Of a DNA stretch of 64,000 nt, positions 13,795 through 24,085 are shown one piece after another. The stretch lies in NCBI GenBank assembly GCA_973895155.1, contig OZ316895.1, positions 15,940,816 to 16,004,815 of the forward strand. The letters run 5' to 3'. Source of the DNA: Marsupella aquatica. Taxonomy: Eukaryota; Plantae; Marchantiophyta. Positions within the stretch are counted from its first letter, which is position 1; every line of letters starts with the position of its first letter. The notes under the pieces were generated by a model. That model saw only the letters and a program-made list of their open reading frames with translations. It was not told the DNA's origin and searched no databases. Position numbers and translations under genes: made by a program.

Positions 13795-14315
13795 TTAAAT
13801 GACAAAATTTAGGGTCAATCTGAAAATGAGAATATATCAGTGTTTACAACAACATATTGTCATTATGGACTTCTGCCATAAATGACTAACTCTAGGGTCA
13901 ATCTTGAAATTAGGACATATTAGTGTTTACAAGAACATACCGTCATTATGGACTTCTCTCATAAATGACAAAATTTAGGGTCAATCTGAAAATGAGAATA
14001 TATCAGTGTTTACACAACATATTGTCATTATGGACTTCTGCCATAAATGACTAACTCTAGGGTCAATCTTGAAATTAGGACATATCAGTGTTTACAAGAA
14101 CATACCGTCATTATGGACTTTTCTCATAAATGACTAACTCCACAGTCAATCTTGAAATTAGGATATATCGGTGTTTTCAACAACATACTGTCATTATGGA
14201 CTTGTCGCATAAATGACTAAATATAGGGCAATCTAAAAATCAGGATATATCAATGTTTACAATAACATACAGTCATTATGGACTTATTACATAAATGACT
14301 ACTTATAGAGTCATT
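13795..14315 (+). repeat. About 82-bp tandem repeat (about 6 copies, A/B alternation) in the CACTA left subterminal region
   Basis: Recurring aaatgac...tagggtcaatct...tcagtgtttacaa..acata..gtcattatggactt at about 82-bp spacing. Confidence 0.85.
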
Positions 14316-14389
14316 AAAGAACCCAAGAGATATGAAGATTAAAATACTCAATAGTCATTCCAGACACCTATCATAATTGTAGAGTCATA

Positions 14390-17300
14390 CACCTTTGGAG
14401 TGATTTTCCAGAAGTGTCATCATATATGGATGCGCGCATACTATCGTATCCATGGGGCAAATGAAACCTTTTTGTCTCTCCAAGAAGTAGGGCAATACCA
14501 ATGGAAGGTTGTCATGCTTTGTTGTAATTGTGTCATGTTTGTGCCGGTGTTTGGACGGGGAATATTTTAATTTGCAAATAAATGCATGCATACCATCACA
14601 TCCAAAGGCAAATAAAAGTTGTTTTTTGGTTCTCCAAGAGGTAGTGCTGCCCCAATGGAATGGGCAGGGGAGTAATGCTTCTCAGTATGGTGTGGGTGCA
14701 TTCTCAGTATGGTGTGGGTGCAGGTTTAGGGAAGAGGAATATTCCAACCTTGCAAGGAATCTAAAGCTAGCTCTCTTTGGAGGTACTAGGGCCTTTATTG
14801 GGTCATATGTGAGCAATGGCCCGTCATAAATGCCAATGACTAAAAGTAGGGTCATTAAAATTGTCATATGGAGAGTCATATCAGTCTAATGACTGGATTT
14901 GTGGTCATTTGAGGGGTCCCTTATGTAGTCATTAAGGAAAAGCACAAATGACCATTTTGGGGCTAGGGGCTTGAGGTGGGCCCTAGAGTGCCATGGGCCC
15001 CACATAGAGGTGAGAACCCCTCCACTAGGTGCGGGACACTATACTCATCATTGTCCAACCACTAGTTGCGACATAAACACTTTGGGCACATGTTTTTGTG
15101 TTTCCTTAAGGCATGATGCACCTTTGGGGAAATCACTCCCAAGTCGTACGACTTTGGAGTGATTTGCCAAAAGTGCAACCATGGATGTATACCATCACAT
15201 CCAAAGGCAAATAAAACCTGTTTTTTGGTTCTCCAAGAGGTAGTGCTGCACGAATGGAATGGGCAGGGGAGTCGTGCTTCTTAGCATGGTGTGGCTGTGG
15301 GATTAGGGTTTGGGAATATTCCAACCTTGCAAGGAATCTAAAGCTGGCTCTCTTTGGAGGTACTAGGGCCTTTATTGGGTCATATGTGAGCAATGGCCCG
15401 TCATAAATGCCAATTACTACAAGAAAGGTCATTAAAATGGTCACATTGGATGTCATATAAGTGGAATGACCTGAATTATTGTCATTTGAGGGGTCCCTCA
15501 TGCAGTCATTAAGGAAAAACACAAATGACCAGTTTGGGGCTAGGGGCTGGAGGTGCGCCCTAGAGTGCCATGGGGCCCCACATAGAGGTGAGAACCCCTC
15601 CACGAGGTGCGGGACACTATACTCATCATTGTCCAACCACTAGTTGCGACATAAACACTTTGGACACATGTTTTTGTGTTTCCTTAAGGCATGATGCACC
15701 TTTGGGGAAATCACTCCCAAGTCGTACGACTTTGGAGTGATTTTCCAAAAGTGTTGCCATGCATGCACACCATCACATACAAAGGCAAATAAAAGTTGTT
15801 TTTGGGTTCTCCAAGAGGTAGTGCTGCCCAAATGGAATGGGCAGGGGAGTCATGCTTTTAGGGTATGGTGTGGGTGCAGATTTAGGGAAGAGGAATATTC
15901 CAACCTTGCAAGGAATCTAAAGCTGGCTCTCTTTGGAGGTACTAGGGCCTTTATTGGGTCATATGTGAGCAATGGCCCGTCATAAATGCCAATGACTAAA
16001 AGTAGGGTCATTAAAATTGTCATATGGAGAGTCATATCAGTCTAATGACTGGATTTGTGGTCATTTGAGGGGTCCCTTATGTAGTCATTAAGGAAAAGCA
16101 CAAATGACCATTTTGGGGCTAGGGGCTTGAGGTGGGCCCTAGAGTGCCATGGGCCCCACATAGAGGTGAGAACCCCTCCATTGCGTGCGGGACACTATAC
16201 TCATCATTGTCCAACCACTAGTTGCGACATAAACACCTTGGACACAAGTTTTTGTGTTTCCTTAAGGCATGATGCACCTTTGGGGAAATCACTCCCAAGT
16301 CGTACGACTTTGGAGTGATTTGCCAAAAGTGTTGCCATGCATGCACACCATCACATACAAAGGCAAATAAAAGTTGTTTTTGGGTTCTCCAAGAGGTGGT
16401 GCTGCACCAATGGAATGGGCAGGGGAGTCGTGCTTCCCTGTATGGTGTGGGTGCGGGTTTAGGGAAGAGGAATATTCCAACCTTGCAAGGAATCTAAAGT
16501 GGGCTCTCTTTGGAGGTACCAGGGCCTTTATTGGGTCATATGTGAGCAATGGACCGTCATAAATATCAATGACTAAAAGCAGGGTCATTAAAACTGTCAT
16601 ATGGAAAGTCATATCAGTCTAATGACTGGATTTGTGGTCATTTGAGGGGTCCCTTATGCAGTCATTAAGGAAAAGCACAAATGACCAGTTTGGGGCTAGG
16701 GGCTGGAGGTGGGCCCTAGAGTGCCATGTGACCCCACATAGAGGTGAGAACCCCTCCATTGCGTGCGGGACACTATACTCATCATTGTCCAACCACTAGT
16801 TGCGACATAAACACCTTGGACACATGTTTTTGCGTTTACTTAAGGCATGATGCACCTTTGGGGAAATCACTCCCAAGTCGTATGACTTTGGAGTGATTTG
16901 CCAAAAGTGTCACCATGGATGCATACCACTATTCCAAACGCAAATGAAGCCCTTTTTTGTCTCTCCAAGAGGTAGCGCAACACCAATGGAATGGGTGTGG
17001 TAGTGGTGCTTCCCTCTATGATGTGTCTGATGTTTAAAGGTATACGATTATTCCATTTTTGCAAGGAATGTAGAGCGGGCTCTCTCTGGCGGTGCTAGGA
17101 CCTTCTTTGGGTCATTTTTTAACAGAGTCATGTCATAAGTGTCAATGACCACAAGTAGGGTCATTGAATTGGTCATATGGGATGTCATATAATTCAAATG
17201 ACTGGACTTGTTGTCATTTGAGGGGTCTCTAGTGCAGTCATTGAAGACAAGCATGAATGACCAATTTGGAGCTAAGGGCTGGAGGTGGGCCCTAGAGTGC

Positions 17301-19100
17301 CATGTGGCACCACATAGAGCTCGCAACCCCTCCACTAGGTGTCAAATACTATAATTACTATTCTCCAACCACTAGTTGCACCATTAGCAGTTTGGAGCCA
17401 TGTTTTTGTGTTTACTTAAGGGATGATATAATCTTGGGGAAATCACTCCCAAGTCGTACGACTTTGGAGTGATTTGCCAAAAGTGTCACCATTGATGCAT
17501 ACCATCCTATCTAAAGGAAATGAAGCCATTTTTTTGGTCTCTGCAAGAAGTAGTGCAAGGCTGTTGTCGTTCCATGTAATTGTGTCATGTTTGTGCCGGT
17601 GTTTGGATGGGGAATATTCTATTTTGCAAATGAATAGTGATGGGGCACTCAAGAAGGTAGTGTAATCTTCATTGAGTCATTTCTGAAAAAATTGGTGTCA
17701 TAAATACCAATGACTACAAGTAGGGTCATTAAATCTGTCATATGGGCTGTCACATAAGTCAAATGACTGGATTTGTGGTCATTTGAGGGGTCCCTTGTGC
17801 AATCATTAAGCAGAAGCACAAATGACCAGTTTGGGGCTAGGGGCTGGAGGTGGGCCCTAGAGTGCCATGGGGCCCCACATAGAGGTGAGAACCCCCTCCA
17901 CTAGGTGCGGGACACTATACTCATCATCGTCCAACCACTAGTTGTGCCATGAACACTTTGGACACATGTTTTTGCATTTACTTAAGGCATGATGCACCTT
18001 GGGGAAATCACTCCCAAGTCATACAACTTTGGAGTGATTTGCCAAAAGTGTCACCATGGATGCATACCACCGTATCCAAGCGCAAATGGAGCCATTTTTT
18101 GTCTCTCCAAGAAGTAGCGCAACACCAATGGAAGGTTGTCATCTTGTGATATAATTGTGTCATGTTTGTGCCGGTGTTTGGATGGGGAATACTCCATTTT
18201 GCATATGAATAGACTTAAGGCATTGTGAGTAGGTGTTGTAATCTTCATTGGGTCATTTTGGAGGAATAGTGTGTCATTAATGCCAAAGACTGCAGTGAGG
18301 GTCATTTTGGCAGTCCTTTTGGAAGTCATTTGTGCCAAATGACTCCATATGGGGTCATTATAGAGGTCCCTCATGGTGTCATTACGTACCATCAGAAATG
18401 ACCCTTTTGGGTCTAGGAGCTTAAGGTGGCCCTAGTGTGCCATGGGGCTCTACATGAAGGTGGCAACCTCTCCACAAGGTGCGGGGTACTATACCCACCG
18501 TACTATTCTCCAACCACTAGTTGCACCATGAGCACTTTGGAGCCATGTTTTTGCAATTACTTAAGGGATGATGCAACCTTGGGGAAATCACTCCCAAGTC
18601 ATACAACTTTGGAGTGATTTGCCAAAAGTGTCACCATGCATGCATACCATCCTAAGGCATGCATACAAAAATTGTTTTTGTCTCTCCAAGAGGTATATAG
18701 TGCAATACTAGTGGAAGACTATGTCCTTCTATATAACTATGTCATGTTTGTGCCAATATTTGGATTTTGGATATATTCTATTAAATTCCAAAGGAATTGT
18801 AAAGGGGCACTCCGAGAGGTAGTATACTCTTCATTGGGTCATTTTCACATAATGTGTGTCATTAATGTCAATGACTACAATAAGGGTCATTTTGGTAGTC
18901 AGTTAGAGGTCATTTGGAGCAATTGACTGCATATGTGGTCATTAGAGAGGTCCCTCATGGTGTGTCATTAATGGAAACACCTCAAATTAGGGTAATCTTG
19001 GTTGTCATACTAGAGGTCAGAAGTACCAAATGACTGGAAATGTGGTCTTTACAAAGGCTATTGGGGGGTTCTCTTTGGAGGTACAAGGGAGTTCATTGGG
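14390..19100 (+). repeat. About 578-bp tandem satellite (about 8 units) inside the CACTA
   Basis: The palindromic marker aaatcactcccaagtcgtacgactttggagtgattt starts at 15130, 15708, 16286, 16864, 17440, 18005 and 18585 (spacing 578, 578, 578, 576, 565, 580), with a partial copy at about 14392. Confidence 0.95.
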
Positions 19101-19554
19101 TCATTTGTGAATTAAATGGTGCTTCAATCTGAGGACTAAACGTGGGGTCACTCACGCTGTCATATTGGAAGCCATTAATGTTGGCATATTGGAGGTCATA
19201 TAGTCATGGGAAGGCTCACTTATTAATGCTTTGGTGTAATGCTCTCAAAAACTCTTACACAACATAGCCTCATATGTAGTGGTCATGTAGCATGTAAGGG
19301 ACCCTATAATTGTGCTTGAGTCATGAATGAGGGTTTCTCTCAATTGAGTCAGGAGTGGAGAGCTATTAAATGCTAATATTTGGATGAGTATCACTATCAT
19401 ATGGTGAGACAATAAGGTAGTCCAAAATGGTGTTCATGCATGCGGGTTATGGGTTTATATCGCGGGCATATATCGGACCTTTTATATCGCTAGCATCATT
19501 TTTTATATATAACATTGGTCCTTAACATTCTTGTTGGCACCTACACAAACAGCC

Positions 19555-19745
19555 ATGACCTTATGGGGGGGGTCGTGACATTATGAGTTATTAACCTTGC
19601 CTTCCCTACTTAGGGCCTTATGGGGGCGTCCGGACCTTGTTATTAACCTCTATAGTTGGTATTTCCCTAGGGCCTTATGGGGGGGGGGGTTTACATTGTT
19701 ATTAACCTAGTCTCAACTTCCCTAGGGCCTTATGGGGGGTCCAGA
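19555..19745 (+). repeat. About 60-bp degenerate tandem repeat with G-runs
   Basis: ttattaacc...ttccctagggccttatggggg(g)n repeated 3-4 times. Confidence 0.7.
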
Positions 19746-20311
19746 CATGTGAGAGATATTGTCAGAATATAACCCTAATTAATGACCCACAATATCCACC
19801 ATCCCCATCCAACAGAATACCTTACCTTTACGGGCTTTAGGGGTCTAGCATTAGGTTTTTCCCGCTAAGTGTTCTTGCGTACCAACAGGAGCCCTTTTTC
19901 CTGAAAAAACATCGAGAGGGCAACGCTCGATGTGCTCATTTCTTGGCATGCCTTTGTGTGCACATTGCAAGGGCTTAGGGTTGCGCAGCGTTGTGCTCCA
20001 TTCCACCAAGCTTCGACACCCTTCGAAGCGTTGGGCGAGGCATTGTTCGGGCAAGCATTGGGTGAGGCATTGTTTGAGTGAAGCGTTGGACGTGGCATTG
20101 TTTTAGTGACCATTTGCAAGGTTTAGAGGAGGAGCTCCGACCCGAAGCCATTCAGGCTACAATTGTTTTTGAGCTTGTTGCGCGCGGTCGGCGGAGCACC
20201 TCGGTAGGACTTGGGAGCTTCTTTGGAGGACCCTGCGCTTTGGAGGACATTCGGGCTTTGGAGTGCCCGATTGCAGGGTCAAGGCAATAGCTTCTTTACA
20301 TTTGTCATTGT

Positions 20312-20540
20312 TGCGGGTGAGGAGCGGAGGATGAGCTGCAATCGGCGATAAGCTGCGGGTGAGGAGCGGAGGATGAGCTGCAATCGGCGATAAGCTGCGG
20401 GCGAGGAGCGGAGGACGACCTACAATCGGCGATAAGCTGCGGGTGAGGAGCGGAGGACGAGCTGCAAATCAGCGACGAGTTGCAATCAGCAGCAAGCTAC
20501 AATCGGCAAGAAGCTGTGGGTGAGGAGTTGCAATCGGCGA
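20312..20540 (+). repeat. 42-bp minisatellite (about 4 copies plus a degenerate tail)
   Basis: tgcgggtgaggagcggaggatgagctgcaatcggcgataagc repeated. Confidence 0.9.
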
Positions 20541-22828
20541 GAACCTACAGGAGGTTCCATCAAGGAGCTGCGAGAACTTATATCTGTGGGAGCGAGTTTG
20601 GGCTGAGGTGCGAGAAGGTCAGTTGTGCAATTTTGCGCTTCTTCCCCTTCTGGCCATTTGTTCATTCTGCATTTTTGCTTTGCTTTTGCCAATGTGCTAC
20701 CAATGTGCTGTCAGTCCATGAATCCAATGTTGCCTTCTTGTTCTGTTGCTTAGTGTCTGCTAGTATGCTTATGGCAATGACAGAGAAGCTCCGATTGCTA
20801 AGAGACTATTTGCTCTCTCTTTCTCGCTCTCTCTCTGTCCCTCTCTCTCTAAGTGCCTGAGTTTTGCACCAGTTTTTGAATGTCTACAATGTTGAGTTCC
20901 CTTTGCAGAGAAATGTGAATGCAGTTTTCGAATGTCTAGAATGTTGAGTTCCCTGACGTGATGCGATGGAGCATCCTGGACGCGCACTGATTGTAGCAGT
21001 TGTGCGTGTCGTCGGCACTGTCATGGATTGGAGAAGGAAATCCCATAGAACTAGCCATTGCACTTTCTCGCACAATGCCTGCATTTCCTTCCCTGTACCA
21101 TGCTAGCTCCACTGCGACCTTCCACTGCTATCTATGTTGATTCCTTCCACTGCTACAAAATTCTGCTTTGCAATGGCATCCCAATGCTCATATGTCCCAG
21201 TAAAATTCGGGTAGACATAAGTATTAGGCGCGGACTCTTCTCTCTCTGCCTGCCCAAGATCAGGGTTTACTGGTTCTAATTGCTAATTCAGTCCCCATTT
21301 AGAAAGACCTAAGAAATTTAACTATCTTCGAGCTTTATTGTTTGTTTTGGCAAAATCTTCCCTTGCGGCCAGCAGCTGAGGCCCAGCGTCCACGATGTCC
21401 GATACATTTTTCAAGACATAAGTAAGCTGGCTGGGAAATGCCTTTCTCCTCAATCTCAAGAGATGATTTTTCTGGAGTCTGCTCACGTATTGCTCTTGCT
21501 TGTCCAGAACCTGAACAGCTATTTACCACAACTGAATCAAGTGCCCGAGTTCTGACCAAGTTGTCCTTTGTCTGTCTGCTGTTGATTTCTGATTGCTACT
21601 TGTTGGATTTGTCTGCTATGTTCAATTCAGTTTGTTGTCTTGTTGTCGTCTGACAATGTTTGTGGTGCAAGGTGAGCTTGATCTCTTATTATTACAATGT
21701 AGTCCTTAGTTTTCCATTGTATGATGTTTTCCTTAGTCTGTCTATGTTCCTCAATGAATTGGTTTCCTTACTCTTCTTTTGACATCCCTCTGTATCATAG
21801 CCCTTTTCTTTTCTCTTTTTTTTACTGAAGAGAAGTGCAAGCATGTATGGTGAATCCTCACTTGATTCCAGCAGCGACTCTGTAGAATTTTGTCGCCAAA
21901 AAGTTTCAGAGTTTCGTGTGTGGTTTGCCAACTGCTGTGCCACCTCAGAGAATTCCTTAGTGGCTTTTGTACAAGCCTTGCTCTTCAACTATGGTAATTT
22001 ACAGCTAACTGTCTGATGTTCACACAACATCCATACACAGCAATGAATACAACTCCATGAATACAGCCACATGATTTCCTTTGGTCTGCAAACTGGACAA
22101 AACTAAACTAAAATCAGCTTGGTCAATTTTAAATCCTTCGTAAGGGTCTCTGACAGCAGCCCGGTATAGTCATTTGTGCATGAAGATAGAGTACGGTGCA
22201 GCTTTTGAAAAAGTGGGTGGACCAGCAGCTTGTTGAGAGTAAAGCAACTTATGGTTCTGTAACAGATGTGTGCAGCAGCTTAAGATGTAGAAGGCACACA
22301 ATAAAACTTGATTTTTACAGATTTAAAAAAGGGCAGGGTGAGTGAGCACTGCATGTTGAACTCACAGGTCCGAATCTTGATTTGATTTCGCTGCTAAAAT
22401 TCGTATCTCTTGCCTGAGTCCCAGTTTGCTGGAGTTTTGTTGCTCTCTGTGCTTTGTTGTGCACATTGTTGTGTTTGCTCTGTCCATTTTAAAACTTGAG
22501 AGCCAAATGAATGCTTTGCTGAAACTCAATTGCTATTTTTTCTGTGTTGCCCTTACAGATTTTAAAAAGGCAGGGTGAGTGAGCACTGCTGTACAGCAAG
22601 CAAAGGCATACAGGTTGCAATATTTGTGATTGCTTCCAATCATCTAGGCCAAGGTTATTTGCGCTGCTCAGTCCTAAATGCTTTGCCATCTATAAAGCAT
22701 TGGTTTATGTTGCACCCTTGTGGTTACATGTCATATTTTATGCTGCACCCTCATTCTTTTGTGTCATACTGCACCCTGTTATTCCTTCTTGTTTCACAAT
22801 CTGATGTAGGGTCTGAGTGTGCAGGACC

Positions 22829-23488
22829 ATGGCTCGCAATAAGCAGAAGGCCATGAATCGTTGCAGAGGTGAATCCTCTCAAGCACCTCAATTGTCCTTA
22901 TATTCAGACATTGAGATTAACCAGAATAGTCCACATGTATGTGCGATTTGTGATGAGGGAGGGGATCTCATTGTTTGTGATGGGCCTTGCCACCGACATT
23001 TCCATAAGAATGTTTCCTGTCCTTTGGGTCAGCAATGGCTATGCCCAACTATATCCCTCGCTGATGGCCATGTTGGAGAATGGCTTTGTGTTGATTGCAA
23101 GAATGAGGAACATTCTTGCTTTAAGTGCCATGTGTCTGGAAAAATTGGTGAAGAGGTAAGAAAATGTCCAGACTCTCTCTGTGCCCGGTTTTACTGTCGG
23201 CAGTGTTTGGTTCCTGGCACAGCATCATGTGGACTCCATATTTGTCTTACTTGTGGACAGGGGCCCAATGATGGGGCTAATGGCTTTTTGGTTCAGTGCA
23301 TGAGGTGTCCTAAGGCATGGCACAAAGACTGCCTGCTGTTTATCCAGCAGAGGGGATTTGCCCATGATCGAACAATTTGGGATCACTCAGCGCATGGGCA
23401 GCCCAAGAAGGGGATGTTTTACTGTCCTGACCATGACATTGACCCTACACTAGGCACTCCTGCTAGGAGCCACATATCTTGGATTTGA
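22829..23488 (+). CDS. Transposon-borne EDM2-like composite PHD-finger protein (219 aa) with a histone-H3-like N-terminus
   Basis: Intact single-exon ORF with ACCATGG start just after a CAG acceptor. The pattern CAICDEGG....CDGPC.R.FH...C.DC....H.CF.C......C....C.RFY...C.LH.C..C....C.RCPK.WH..CL...R..W....YC..H.ID..LGTP.R.HI follows the PHD region of plant EDM2 as I recall it. Confidence 0.88.
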   Translation: MARNKQKAMNRCRGESSQAPQLSLYSDIEINQNSPHVCAICDEGGDLIVCDGPCHRHFHKNVSCPLGQQWLCPTISLADGHVGEWLCVDCKNEEHSCFKCHVSGKIGEEVRKCPDSLCARFYCRQCLVPGTASCGLHICLTCGQGPNDGANGFLVQCMRCPKAWHKDCLLFIQQRGFAHDRTIWDHSAHGQPKKGMFYCPDHDIDPTLGTPARSHISWI

Positions 23489-24085
23489 TTGAGGCTGGAT
23501 CGAACACAAACTTGAGATAGAGCTTTTTGATGGTTTCACGTGGACTTAAACAATTTTCAGAGTGCTAAAACATGTGGACTATTTATATGCAGTTTGATGA
23601 ACTCCTCATGTATACACACTCTACGACAGTGCATTGCGGATTGAGGCAATTAATTTTGAGAAATCAACTTTATTATCTTTTCCAGGGTAGGATTCTGATT
23701 TTCAAGCATGTACTTTGAGTGTGACTTTCCTCCATATTGATGTCTAAACTTCACTTGTAAATTTGTCACTGGTGTCACAAACGTTACTTATTCCAGACCT
23801 GTCTGCTCACATTCCTAATAGGCAAACAAATACTGGAAATGATGAAGGCACAGAGATTTACGTTCATAGTATCATTCTGATGACACTGTATGTGATGCTC
23901 TATTTGTATGCAAGGAGAAGGTGCCCTACTACAGTGGATTTGAGAAACTGGGCTCTGTGGGTTTGAGCAATTGGACTGTGGTTGGCATCGGTTGTACAAC
24001 TGTGACGGTAGGCCCAATTTTGTATGCATGTCACTCTGATTCAGTTTGAAAATCATAGTTTGAATACAATTTCAATCAAGCTAGC

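Noticed and set aside
15130-18620. Regularly spaced 36-bp palindromic repeats resembling a CRISPR array
   Set aside because: The intervening sequences are about 540 bp and homologous to each other, no cas genes are present, and the context is a plant transposon. It is a satellite.
14385-18926. Many short repeated ORFs in the satellite
   Set aside because: They are by-products of the tandem repeat, with inconsistent frames between units and no recognisable domain.
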